64,000 nucleotides of DNA from Hydrolagus colliei (lineage: Eukaryota): positions 113,708,001 through 113,772,000 of the forward strand of contig CM068742.1 in assembly GCA_035084275.1 (NCBI GenBank). The letters are read 5' to 3'. The notes beneath the pieces were generated by a model. The model ran no database searches. It had not been told where the DNA came from and was given only the letters and a program-made list of their open reading frames with translations. The position numbers and the translations under genes were made by a program. Positions 24,900 to 37,425 of the stretch are shown here, piece after piece. Each line of letters begins with the position of its first letter. The first letter of the stretch is position 1.

Positions 24900-25260
24900 C
24901 TGTGGTTGTGAACCTGAATCTTTCTCCTCCCAGGCCCCCGCCCCTCTTGACCTCAGTACAACGGTTGTTCACAAAGTTGAAGTGCTCTTGGATTCCCAGC
25001 TCCACCAGCTCCCTATCAAGAAACAGATTGGTTTCAAGATTATCACCCTTGTCTTCAAATCCTTTCATGCCCTGGCATTTCCGTACCTCTCCGGCCTGTT
25101 TATTTCCTAATGTATTATCCATTCCCTCAGCTTGACTGGATCTGGCCTCGTGCTTGTCTCTCATGGACTCTGGTTCCACCGTCTGTGGCCGCACTGTCAG
25201 TCACTAGGCACGGAAACTCTGGAACATTGGTCTCCATCCCTCCGTCTAGCTGTTTCTCCT
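24900..25260 (+). mobile_element. L2-clade LINE 3' fragment
   Basis: QLHQLPIKKQIGFKIITLVFKSFHALAFPYLS matches the LHWLP..RI.FK motif. Confidence 0.75.
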
Positions 25261-26081
25261 TCTTCGGCTAGCAGCTGCGGGTGGGGTACAAATAACTAGA
25301 ATTAAAATGAGGTTTTAGTGGAAGAGTCTGAGAAGTTAAAAAAAAGTTTACTGGCCTTGACATAGAAATGCCAGTGTCTACATGTTGCGGACGAGTAACC
25401 TTATTCAAACACAGGTTCCCATTACATTGTATGGGAACTATCCATAACTAAGACAGGGCGAGCCTTTGCCCTGCTCCTGAATGTGCCGCCAGCCAGAGAG
25501 TCAAATTTCACATTGAAATAAACTGCGCTGTCAATAACACAAAATATTTTCACATCATTGTCTTCAAAGCAAAACAACTCAAAATAAAATTAAGTTCAAC
25601 ATGGAAGATAACTGAGGCAAGTACCACAAATCTGAAGACAACGTGGATGGAACAGGAAGAAATTTTCATTTCACAGTTACATTACCACATTGGAAAGCCA
25701 ATGTAATAATAATAATAATAATAATAATGTACATAATGTGAGCAAAGTGAGGTGGGTTGCCATAAGCAAACCTTAAACCTACTCTCATTGCACACATTGT
25801 AATGATTATAAGTGTAAATAAACACTCTCTATCATTTCACTTCCACCAAGTAGGAGGGACACAGTGCTTAACAAACAGTCTCCGTTAAATTGCTACTGAA
25901 CTCGGTGTCACCTATAAATTGTCATCACTTGCTGCTACCGAGGGCTAGCTTGCTGCTGCTAGCTGAAATGGCAAAGCTTGAATTAAAAAAATGATGTACA
26001 GGCATCACAGACCTCCTGTGAAGAAAGTGAGGAAGTCACTTGCTTTAAATGTTTTGGAAAAAGATGCGAGTAATGCGAATC

Positions 26082-26345
26082 AATAATAATAATCCTCGCA
26101 TTTGATGTAGCGCTTTTCATGTCTTCTAGAATTCTCAAAGTGCTTCACAAAATATTTTGTGGAGTGAAGTGACTGTAGATTTGTGGGGGAAGCGCAGCAG
26201 CCAATTGCGCACAGCAGTGTCCCACAAATAGTCGTGGATTGAGTGAGCAAATTATTCTTGTTTTTTTGAGGCATTATTATCAGGTGCGAGGAGTAAGGAA
26301 ACTTGCCAAAGTTTTCACCCTGAGCTGCTGGGAATCAAACTCAGG
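26082..26345 (-). mobile_element. Deu-type SINE, 5'-truncated
   Basis: Tail, core and partial head of the family. Confidence 0.85.
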
Positions 26346-26971
26346 ACCAACCCAAATGAAGCTTCATCCAGCACCAATAACCAGCAGTCAGAAAGCTTTC
26401 TGTCAGGTTCATTATCCCAAAGGAAGTTGCTGGCTGTTCCATTGCGCGCTGTAAACAGAAAACTCCAATCCAGATGAACAGTGCTTGGGAGACGGTGGCT
26501 TGTGGAAAAACAAAAGATCAGCTGATAATGAAGGAGAAGGCTGCCACTACCTGCTGCATAAATAACTGGATGAGGGTTAGGCTGGTTGCTGCTGCCCAAC
26601 CCTAACCCTGCCTCACCCCAATCCTGCTGCTGCCTAACCCTAATCTAGCTGCCGCCTAACCCCAACCCTGTTGCTAGCTGCTGCCACTGTGCAATTGCCA
26701 GCTAGCCCACCTACCCCTTGGTGTAAGGGAAAGGCTTCCAGGTGCAGACAGGAGCCACCGAGGATAAGACACTTCCAACAAAATTCCACTTTATAAATGT
26801 TATATGTGTTTTCCATGTACAGCGGCGTGAATGTGCATTGATTATATAGGGGACCAATTGTACCTGTTGTCACAAGGATATGTAAGGGGATTGAAAAGAT
26901 ATATTTAGGGGATTGATAGCAAGACATTGTGTTGTTGCTGTCTGGCCAGACTATACACTGGATTGATTACT

Positions 26972-27912
26972 CAACAACAACCTCAAAATTACATTTGTAG
27001 AGCGCCTTTCAAGTTGGGAGGACATCCCAAGGCGCTGAAAAGTCAGGGGTCAGGACCCAAGCACAGGCTGTGGGGCAGGGTTGGGATGAAGGAGTACAGA
27101 GAAATAGGTGGGTGACTGAAGGCACAGTCGAAGAGGAAGGTCTATGAGATCAGTCTTGAAAGAGGCAAGGGAGGGAGCAAGGCAAAGGGACGGTGGGATG
27201 GAGTTCCAAAGTGTAGGGCCAGAGAGTCTGAAGGTCCAGCTGCCGATGATAGGGTGGGTCAGGCGGGAAACACGGAGCACACCAGAGCCTGTTGAGCGGA
27301 GGGCGCGGACACATTGATAGGGGGGTCAGCAAGTCAGAGAGGTAGGAGGGGGGCAAGGCAATGGAGGGCTTTGAAAGTGAGGACAAGGATCTTGAATTCA
27401 ATCCTCTGAAGAATGGAAAGCCAATGAAGCCAGGGGGTGATGGGCTCATGATGCCTGGTGCGGGAGAGGACATGAGCTGCAGAGTTTGGGATTATCTGCA
27501 GCTTGAGGAGGGAAGAGTTGAGGAGGCTGACAAGGAGGGAGTTGCCGTAGTCGAGCCTTGAGGTGACAAATGTAAGAGTTTCAGCAGCAGTGACGAAGAC
27601 AGGCGATGTTGCAGAGGTGGTGGAAGGCAGTGCTGGCATGGCACAGATATGGGGGAGAAAGGACAGCTCAGGGTCAAACAAGACACCCAGGTCCCTGACT
27701 GGCTTGGTTAGGTGGAGTGTACATCCATGGATGCTGATGCTGCCGGTGGATGAGGTACGGAGGCGGTGGCGTGAGCCAATCAAAAGGGCCTCACTTTTGC
27801 TGACGTTCAGCTTTAGAAAGTTGTCTCTCATCCAGGACTTGATATCTGACAGGCAGTCGGTCAGGATGCCAGTAGGGCTGGAATTGAGGGTGGAGTTGGG
27901 TGTCATCCACAT
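26972..27912 (-). mobile_element. L2-clade LINE 3' part (RT C-terminus to tail)
   Basis: CLSDIKSWMRDNFLKLNVSKSEALLIG, VRDLGVLFDPELSF, TSRLDYGNSLL, LHWL..RIEFKILVLTFK; (CAA)n tail. Confidence 0.92.
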
Positions 27913-28440
27913 ACTCAGATGAATCTGTTCTGAAATTTGATGTTATATATCACGTTGGAGGTTGATATTATATGTAAATTAAGACTATCCAACTATATTT
28001 AATGTAACTTTAGTCATGTTTAAAATTCTCCATTTAGCTGATGCTGCAGTTGGCTAACCTTAACTCTAGCTGCTGCAACACAATGAACAATTCAATAGAT
28101 ATTGAAGCAATGAATATCTGAGCATTTTAATATTTCTCCCAAAGGCTGGAGGACAAGATGACAACCCCACAGACAGATTTTTTCTATTCAAATCAGGTCC
28201 CTCTCTTACTTCTTGTTGCTGTTATATATCATATAATATAACATGGAATGCCTGCTGTTGCTGCAACTGTTGCCGCTGCTACTCGCTGAAAATTTAATTG
28301 AAAATCAATCTTCTCTGCTGCTAGACGATTTGGACACAAATCATCTACGCTTTCAGTTCAATTAACTATATGGATCTAGCTCAGAATAGGTTTGATGATG
28401 CTTTGATTAACATACTGAACTGCTGCTATCTTTGCTGCTA

Positions 28441-28985
28441 GCTGTGCACATTTCCCGCACTCCTTGAACGTAGCTACAGTCAGGAACAATTACTCCAGCT
28501 CCCCCCTGGATTGGTTCCACTATAAATCCTGCAACATTAGGATCCTGAAATGCCCGCTCTAACTCTGGTAAATCGTTATTGGGGACAAGCTCAAATCCAG
28601 GCATGAATGGTCCAAATCCATCAAAACAGCTGGGATCTGAAGAACTCGAAACAGCAGCCATTGTCCTACCCCAAACGTTACCAGCAGCAAAAATTATTTT
28701 TTGCTTTGTATTTTGGAATTCCCTTGACATCGTATGCCCATTTGCGAGCCAATTTACAAGCAGTTTCTCCTCCTTACACACCCATATTCATTGGTAGCAC
28801 TTTGTCATAGCCAAACAGTTTGTTAATATACTCTCCCAGTTCAACAACAACAATATTACATTTATAGAGCGCCTTTCACATCGGGAGGATGTCCCAAGGC
28901 ACTGACTACATAATTGTAGAAAGCTTGTGAGGTGACGGCAAGTTTTTCAACTTGAGCTTTAAGTGCTGGAATGATCTTCGGATGA
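28441..28985 (-). pseudogene. OAT: Ornithine aminotransferase processed pseudogene fragment, interrupted by an L2 tail (28841-28906)
   Basis: Minus strand reads HPKIIPALKAQVEKLAVTSQAFYNYV [insert] [46 protein letters not shown] [frameshift] [35 protein letters not shown]...[21 protein letters not shown]; no introns. Confidence 0.92.
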
Positions 28986-29141
28986 AAGATGAAGGTAGCA
29001 AAAATTCTAAAATGTAACAGAAATTCTCGATAAGTTTACATCAATCTTCTCATTTGGGGTTTTGAGCAAGGGTAATAAACATTTTGACACGGTGAATTCA
29101 CTTTATGGTATATTCTGTCCAACACTTTGAGACGTCTAGAG

Positions 29142-29444
29142 CAGTGGTTCTCAACTAGGGGTACATGTACCCCAGGGGGTACAAAATTACTTCCAGGGGG
29201 TACAGGTGGCAGTACATTGATTTATTTAGCTCTCTTATTTAGCATTTTATAGCCTTCCAAATTCTATAATTAATTGTTATTCCCCTCGTTTTGATTGTGT
29301 TATTTTGTTATATAAGAAAAGCTTGGCCATAAAATGCAAGTGGAATGAGGGGGTGGTGTGTGTGTGTATGTGGTTGGGTAGGGGTACACGATAATGTTGA
29401 AAATTAACAAGGAGTACATTACTGAAAAAGGTTGAGAACCACTG
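29142..29444. mobile_element. hAT-Charlie-type MITE (303 bp)
   Basis: TIR CAGTGGTTCTCAAC...GTTGAGAACCACTG; 8-bp TSD GTCTAGAG/GTCTAGAT (NTCTAGAN target); inserted into a SINE tail. Confidence 0.9.
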
Positions 29445-31417
29445 GTCTAGATGACATGAAATGTGCTATATCAAATGCAAGGATTATTATATACAGTATT
29501 ATTATTAGGGTTCTCATGGCTGCTGTGAGGTTGGTCCTTGCAATTGCCCGTGTTCTCTATAATGCTCTTTCTCTATTTTTAACCTTTTTACTGCCAGCCA
29601 AATGTACACAGAAGATGATCAGCTTTGGTTTGCGCTGTTGGATGATGTACACTCACCGTAGAAAATCTCATTGCACTGAACACTGCTTCTTTGTTTCCGA
29701 GACTCGGTTTAGAGGCACGTTCAGCTACAGCGTGTCACTGTGTCACATTTGTTTGACAAAAACCTTATTTGTGATAAATGCAGTGGCTACTAATGCTGTC
29801 TGCAGAAAATATTTGATTGATTTCACTCACTGGTCACTGTTGCTGCTACTGTTGTTGCTACTACTGTCTATTGCTGTGGATGCTTCTAACTCCTGCTGCT
29901 GTTGTTATTTATACTGGATGCTGCTCCTGGCTGTCACATCCCATCCTTCCCCATCTCCAGGTCACGACTGAAGACCTTCCTCTTTGACCATGTCTATGGT
30001 TACCTTCCCACTACCACTGGCTCTGCGTTGTGCTCCATCACTGTCAAGCGTTCTGGGACCCACCCTACCCTGTGCGAGGAACACTATATAAATGCAAGTT
30101 ATTGTTGTTGTTCCCACGTAGTAGGCCCTGATTATTTTTTCCCAAGATTGGAATCAGCATTCCAGCATATTGTATCCTGAATTTCTGCACTGAAACACAG
30201 CGACAGGAAATAGCAAATTGGTGAAATCTTCAGGCTCGACCATTAAGCCAAAGCCAAGGGTGTTAAACCTCATGTGAGTGAAAGCATGAGTGGACTCGCT
30301 GTATTTCAAATACAGAACCAACCTTTTCATCCAAAAGACAATGAGTAACTTACTGAGATGTCCAGATCATGGTTTCGGGGTACAACAACAACAACATCGA
30401 CAAATTGTATTTATACAGCATCTTTCAGGTCATGAGGATGTCCCAAGTAGCTGGGGTTTGCACCTGATGACCAAATGACAAAAGGCACTGTTGAAAACAA
30501 AGGTTGTAAGGTTGGGCATCCTGCCTTTCAATGTCATAGGTATTTTGGAGATGGAGTAAAGAAAAAAAGTTTTTCTGAAGCAACGATTTCCCTTTGGCTT
30601 TGAACTAGGAGGAGTTGCAGGTTCAGTTCAGTTGCAATCAATCACAACCAGAATGACAAGAGAGCACTAAACATAGTTGAAACACCAGGGTAAATGCACA
30701 TAGTAATACCTGCAATAACAATGCCTTTTATTATGCACTTACTGTAACTCCATTCAGATTTATAGCAGTTCTGCCTGAAGCTGTTCTGAGCATTGCGAAA
30801 CAGTAGCAGTAAAAAAGCAATGTGCAACCCAAACATGTTGCTATGCGTTTTCTTTGCCACTGGGAATGTGGGGCTGGAAGAGACTCACCGGTTCTAATTA
30901 TATAATTCTTCCATGTCAGAGAGAATAAAGGAAGCCCTGTTCATGCTTTCAGTGTTAATAACATAGGAACAGGAGTAGGTCATTCGGTCCTTGAGCCTGT
31001 TTCACCATTCTATTACATCTATTAGATCATAACTGATCTGTACCTCAACTCCAATTACCCACCATATCCCTTGATCCTCTGACCTAGCAAAAATCTATCC
31101 ACCTCAGTCTTAAAAATGTGAATGTATCCAGCATCCACAGCCATTTGGGAGAGAGAGTTCCAGATTCCCACCACCCTTTGCTTTCTCATGTTTTCTCTGT
31201 GTTCTATCTGCGCTTGTGGGTGGTAATCACTTTTCCTTTTAGAATCTTTTTTTTAATATCAGGTGGGTGTCTGACACAGGCTGAAAAACCCATCACCCAC
31301 CATACTTCCACAGACGTCTAGAGGCACTTTGCACGGACCTACGCTACCAACACATGGAGCTTTTTTCCCTGCGCCTGAAAGGAAATAGAGCCATAGAAAT
31401 TTGCAGCACAGAAAACA

Positions 31418-31578
31418 TGTTACTTAATCCAAACACAATGTAGATTCACTCGGTTCTTTATTTCCAACATTACAAATTAACCTCTTTCAAATCTGCCCAG
31501 TCACTTTCTCCAAATCCTTTTTATCTTTGCATCATCCATATTCAATTCCCACTTATGTCTTTAAAGTAATCTGCAACA
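31418..31578 (-). repeat. 3' LTR of the Gypsy element
   Basis: TGTTA...GCAACA; diverged direct repeat of 36007-36162. Confidence 0.85.
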
Positions 31579-32299
31579 TCTTCCTTCTTTTAGTTTTTTC
31601 TTTTTTTTTCAATCTTGTTCTATCATTCTTTGTTTTGGTATTTTTATTTCTCTTCCACATCTGGTTGTTCTCACAGTTTTTGCCACGCCTTGCTCTTCCT
31701 TCTGCTTTTCCTTTTTCTCCTGTATTTTCTTTGATCTCCCTTGGTGTTCGTCTATATATCTTTCCTTTTTCAGGTGTGACCCAATAGGATCTGGAGTTCT
31801 TATCTTTTCCCAAATTTTTCTTTTGATCCAGCCTTTTGTTTTTAAATATTTCTTCCAAATCCATACAGTGTCTATTTTTTTTAAAGTTTTTTTTTCCTTC
31901 TATGGCTCTTTCCCTTGTTTCTTCCAAGTTCTTTGCTCTGTACCTGTGATCCCACTTTTGTTTCCTGCCATATTAACCCATCTCTTAATCTTCTGGACAT
32001 CAATATCTATGCTGGTGACCATCCCAAGTCACCTATCAGCATGTTTCTGTAGGCTAGTAATGCCAAATTATTATTATTCATTTTTTTCTGATATATTTCA
32101 TTTGTATACTCCCAATATGGTCACACCTCTGGTGCACCTTTTCTACTCTTTGGACAACCTATGTTCAGCATGGTTTGAATTTCCTTACGCACTTTATTTT
32201 TTTGGTTTGTTTCTATTATTTCATTCTCAGGTCTTGTTGCTTTTGTGATCTCCCACACGTGGAACTCCATTTCCCTTTCTATTTGTAATCCCTTTCTAA

Positions 32300-32425
32300 T
32301 CCAGTTCTAACGAAGGGCCGTGGACCCGAAACGTTGACTCACTCCATGGATGCTGCCTGACCTGCAACTTTCCCAGCAACTTCCGTTTTTGTTTCAGATT
32401 TCTAGCATCTGTAGTATTTTGTGTT
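32300..32425 (+). mobile_element. Penelope-like terminal repeat fragment with degenerate hammerhead ribozyme core
   Basis: CTAACGAAGGGCCGTGGACCCGAAACGTTGAC...GATGCTGCCTGACCTGC resembles shark Penelope-derived repeats. Confidence 0.6.
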
Positions 32426-33078
32426 TTGTCCTTTTCTAATTGTTTATCCTCCTTATTCCCATTTTGACATGTGGTCCTATTTAGTGTATCTGCCAAGTAC
32501 AGTACAAGGTATTTCCTGGCTTACATCTAAACTCTAAATTATACTTTTGTAGCCGTATTCTCATCCTCTGTAACCTTGCGGTGCTTCGTTTAGTCCCTTC
32601 TCAAAAATTGCCTCTAATGGTTTGTGATCATTTTTCATTATTACTTTCTTTCCAAACACATATTGTTTAAATCTTTTGCATCCAAATACTACTGCTAAAC
32701 ACTCTTTCTTTATCTGTGCATAGTTTTTTCTGCCCCTGACAGAGCCCTTGAGGCATATATGCTATAGTTTTTCCTTCTGGAGTTAACATTACTCCTAACC
32801 TTGTTTTACTTGAGTGTACAGATATTTTAACTGGCGAATGTACATCATAACATTTTAACACTGGAGCTTTTGTTATAGCCTCTTTTATTTGCTGAAATAC
32901 ATTTTTTCAGTTATTTTTCCCACATGAACTCTTGTTTTTCTTTGATCAGCTCCTTTATTGGCTCCATTATTTCTGTTACTTTAGGAATAAATCTTACCAC
33001 CCAATTGACCATTCCCATGAGCCTTTTTACTCCTATTTTATCTATTGATGCGGGCATTTTTGTTATTGCCATATTGTT

Positions 33079-33405
33079 GGAGCTCCTGTAGCTCAATGGT
33101 TAGAGCACTCGCCTTACAAGCATGTGACTGTGTTCGAATCCAGGCATGTCAGGGTGAAACCTTGGGCAAGTTTCCTTCTCCACAAACCTAATAATAATCC
33201 GTAAAAAAAAAAAAAATTGGTCATTATTTTCAATCCACGACTGTTTGTGGAACACTGCTGTGCGCAGTTGGCTGCCGTGTTTCGCCCACAAATATATAGT
33301 CAATTCGTTTTACAGTGTATTCTGTGAAGCGCTTTGAGACTTTGATAAGATGTGAAAAGCATTACATCAAATGCAAGGATTATTATAATATTATTATTAT
33401 TATTA
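33079..33405 (+). mobile_element. Full-length Deu-type SINE inserted in the Gypsy element
   Basis: Complete head, core and tail; a 5'-truncated copy lies at about 33885-34110. Confidence 0.9.
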
Positions 33406-35576
33406 CCTTTTGAGGAACAATTTTGAACCCTTGTTGGGTATTTAATATTTATATATTTTCTTCCAAAAAAATTTGCAATACCTTTGCCAACCTTTCATTG
33501 TGTTTTTTCTGTGTTTTACCATATATCAAAATATCATCAATATATTGATCACCCCTGGTAGTGCTTTCAATATTTGTGACAATTTTGTTTTAAACACCTC
33601 TTGCGCTGACTTGATGCCAAAGGGCATTCTTTGGAAGCAATACCTCCCATACAGGGTCATAAACGTTGTCAAATACTATTTGACTTGCCAATACCCTGAG
33701 GATCAATCTAGCATCAAGAAGTAACTAGTTCCATGTAATAAAGCATGCACATCTTCTAAAATGGAAATTGCATAATGTTCCTTTTTGTAGACCTGTTTAA
33801 CCTTTGTGGATCTAAACATATATTTAATGATTTGTCTGGTTTCTCTATGATTACCATTGCACTCACCCACTCAGTGTGTTTGCCTACAATAATAATAATA
33901 ATCCCTCCCCAAAAAAAACACAATAATAAAATAGGTCGTTTTAATTCACAACTGTTTATGGGACACTGCTGTGCGCAATTGGCAGCTGCATTTCGCCCAC
34001 AAATATACAGTCAATTCACTTTACAGTACATTCTGTGAAGCGCTTTGAGACGATTAGAAGATGTTTAAAGCACTATATCAAAATGCAATGATTATTATTA
34101 TTTATTATAAGTTGTAATTATTTTGGTCCTTTTCCATTTGGTCTATTTTTCCTTTCATTGCCTCTAGTACTCTCCTTAATGGCTGAATTATTGGTGGTAC
34201 TGTCTTTTCTAAATGTATACTCTCCTTTCATTAATCATCTCATTCCGAACACCTGTTTATATTGTTCTACTATTTCTTCCCCTGGTTCACTTTCCTCTAT
34301 TTTTACGCCCCAATTCTTTTTAACATTCCCATTTTTATTATATCTTCCAATCCTAATAAAGTACTGTATCAGCTTTTATTTTTACAATGTAGAATTTGAT
34401 TCTATATTGTCTCATGTCTCCCTTTGTATATTGCACCTATCTCTACCCTGCCTACTGTTTCAATGTTTCCTTTGTCGCCTGCCATTAGTTTGCCTTTCCC
34501 TGTCTCCATTTTTCCTTATTTGGTTCTCCAATTTTATACATTCTTCCCATTCTATTACACTGGGCTGTATCTCATTCTTTTCTTTTTACTTTGTGTGTGT
34601 GCTCTTTATGAGTTCCACTGCTTCGATGTTGTACTTCTTGTTCTCTTTCACTGGATTCTATATCTGAGCTGTGTGTCTTTTCATATTTTCCTGATTTAAT
34701 TTGCCCAATTCTGGTTCTCCTCAGGTTATTTGACCTCTTGTACACTTTTCTTTCTATTTGACTTTGCTCCTGTGCATTATATCTGCTATATCTCCTTACA
34801 TTTTCTTGTCTATTCCTCCATTATCTTGCATAATGCCCATATTTTTTGCATTGACAGCATTATTTTCCTTCTGCAGTACTCTGCCCATATGATGTTCTAA
34901 TCCACATTTACTACATTTGTCCATTCTATTTGGCCTCCCTCTTGGCCTGTATATTCTCTGCACTCCATACTCTTCATCTGTATCCTTCCAACTTTGCCTA
35001 TCGGCTAGTTCATCTATTTCCATTTCTGTTGGAAATTTCTCTCCGTCTCTATCATATTTCTTTTTGTCACCTCTTCAATCCTTATTATCTCCATTGCCGA
35101 TTCTAATGCCAGTTTCTCTTTTTTCAAAAGGTGTCCTTTTAATCTAGTATTTTTTGTGCCACCTACGATCTGGTCACATATCATTTTGTCTCTTAATGTT
35201 CTGTAGTTGAAATTTTTAATTAGGGATCATAATATCACACAGATTGAATGCTTCTGTGGATCCCTGCTTTCTTGTTCTAAACTTAAATCAGTCAATCATC
35301 ACATTATTTTTTCAATAATATTTTTCCCTCATCATATTCATCATCTCATTCAATGTCATGTCTATCTCTCTTTCTAGGGTTGCAAAATACAAACTATTCC
35401 CTTGCTTCCTCACCTGCTACATGCAGAAATATCGCAGACTGCTGTTCCTGTGGAAGTTTCATAATGTTTGCTGCGGGTCCAAAAAATCTTAAAGTGTCTT
35501 TCAAACTGTAACCAATTGTGCCTTAAACTTACAACCAGTTGTCTTGGTATCTGCACAAACCTTGGTACAGCTCAGA

Positions 35577-35903
35577 GGAGCTCCTGTGGCTCAGTGGTTA
35601 GAGCATCTTACAAGCGTGAGGGCTGTGTTTGAATCGAGGCAGAAACCTTGGGCAAGTTTCCTTACTCCACACGCCTAATAATAATCCGTTCAAAAAAAAC
35701 ACAATCATAAAATTGTTCATTTCAATCCACGACTGTTTGTGGGACAATGCTGTACGCAATTGGCTGTTGCATTTCGCCCACAAATATACAGTCAAGTCAC
35801 TTTACAGTATATTCTGTGAAGCACTGGGAGACGTCGATAAGATGTGAAAAGCGCTATATCAAATGCAAGGTTGATTATTATTAGTAGTAGTATTATTATT
35901 ATT
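35577..35903 (+). mobile_element. Full-length Deu-type SINE inserted in the Gypsy element
   Basis: Complete head, core and tail. Confidence 0.9.
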
Positions 35904-36006
35904 ACAGCATTTAATTCTGTTTCTCTCTGCAATTTGCTTTTCAATCTGTATTCCTCTTGTAGTCAGTTTTACTCCAGGTTCCGTTTTCTTGGCTGACACC
36001 ATCTAA

Positions 36007-36162
36007 TGTTATTTAAAACTCAATGTAGATTCACTTGGTCCTTTAATTCCAACCTTACAAATCAACCTCTTTCAAATCTGCCTAGTCATTTTCCCCAAAC
36101 CCTTTTATCCTTGCATCTGCCATATTCAATTTGCACTTATGTCTTTAAAGCAATATGCAACC
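36007..36162 (-). repeat. 5' LTR of the Gypsy element
   Basis: Direct repeat of 31418-31578, adjacent to the PBS. Confidence 0.85.
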
Positions 36163-37204
36163 AAGTCCATTCAGTCATCATGTTTGTCTGGCTCTTTTAA
36201 AAAAGCAATCCTTTCAGTCCCATTTTCCTGGCCTTTCCCCAAAATGCATGTTCTTTCCCATGAGAGAAATGCCAAAGAATATTAGGCGCAGGTTGACAAA
36301 AGCCAAGGCTTGGGGATCCCAGAGTGTGCATTGGGAAAACTGCTGGTCTCTACGCAGCTAAGGGCACTGCCTGGCAAGCTCCCCGTTACTTGTCCATATG
36401 GGATCACCGTACTCATTAGAGCTTTGCCTTGTATAAATTCTTTCTCTCCAAGACTCTGGTAGGTAAATATGGCGGCTAATTTGCTTACATTTTCTGCTAA
36501 ATAGCACAAGGAACAGGTTCATTTCCCCCCACATTTCCCTTTAAGAACGTAAGCACACAACATGAAAATGGAATTGAGCCATTGACATTATGTGCTATTA
36601 AAACCATATACATTATGTACATTAACATGGACTATGCTCAAATTATATAATTCCTGAGATACGAACTTGCAAAGTTGCTCCCTGTATGGAGAAAAATCAA
36701 ACAATGCTTGCTTGGCTTTACACCCAACATCACTTTACTAGAGCCAGGGATCCTCTTAGCTTGAATGCTAACTGCCAAAATGATGTCAACATCCCATTTA
36801 AACCAATTTCATCTAATTTATCAAAAACTTCTAGCCTGACACTTCGGTGTAGTGCTGGAGAAGAGCCTCATTGTTGGAGGTACAGTCCTTCAAGTGAGAT
36901 GTTAACCAAGGTTCTGTCTAATTGCTTAGGTGGATGTTTTTAAATCTTATCCCATGACACTATTTGAAAAGACAAAGGAAGTTTCTCCCAGTGTACTGAC
37001 CAATTATGCTCCATATAAATTGGTCATTCAATTGGATTTCAATGTGTACAAATTATCTGCTGTGTTTACATGCAAATATAGAGTCACCGCATTCGAGAGA
37101 ATTAACTGTGAAAAGCTTTATCAGGAGGGAACTAATGCATTATGTATTACGCAAAACTCTTATTGGGATTTTAAACCATTTGGAAAGAAATTTGCCTGGC
37201 ATAC

Positions 37205-37425
37205 GCACTGCCTTTTAGGTCAGACAGGTGTCAGACACAGGTTTAAACCCATCACCATACTTAAGAGTATCCAAACCAGGCCAAACATTCTCTATATGAA
37301 TGGCCAGCTACACATAGACCTTTGCCTGGAATTAAATATGTACTCTCTCCTTGAAGCGACACACCTGCTTATCTAATTCTGGAGTGTATTAGGCACAGGT
37401 TGGCAAAAGCCAAGACACCCCAGAG
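37205..37425 (+). repeat. Unclassified interspersed repeat (other copies at about 31255-31390 plus 36262-36450, 50955-51190 (-), 55650-55790, 57225-57485 (-))
   Basis: Shared blocks gtc(t/a)gacaca..aaacccatca..gagtatccaaacca and ggttggcaaaagccaag..cccagagtgtg. Confidence 0.65.

Larger units (their letters stand above)
31418..36162 (-). mobile_element. Decayed Gypsy (Mag-like) LTR retrotransposon
   Basis: LTRs of about 160 bp at 31418-31578 and 36007-36162; minus-strand PBS TGGTGTCAG and PPT AAAAGAAGGAAGA; remnants of a gag zinc knuckle (CSKCGLEH), RT (GRYCFQRMPFGIKSAQEVF), connection (VKRLMGMVNW..RFIP), RNase H (KCYDVHSPVKISV) and integrase (ALLAYRN). Confidence 0.88.

Noticed and set aside
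26570-26680. Interstitial telomeric repeat
   Set aside because: Only scattered CTAACC units separated by other sequence, not a (TTAGGG)n array
28407-28781. Functional OAT exon
   Set aside because: In-frame stop, frameshift and LINE insertion in the flanking homology, no splice sites, and it spans several parental exons
29432-29971. 179-aa ORF
   Set aside because: Starts in a MITE/SINE junction, ends in an L2 remnant and has no recognisable domain
31527-34699. Hydrophobic Phe/Leu-rich plus-strand ORFs resembling membrane proteins
   Set aside because: Antisense translations of the A-rich Gypsy coding strand
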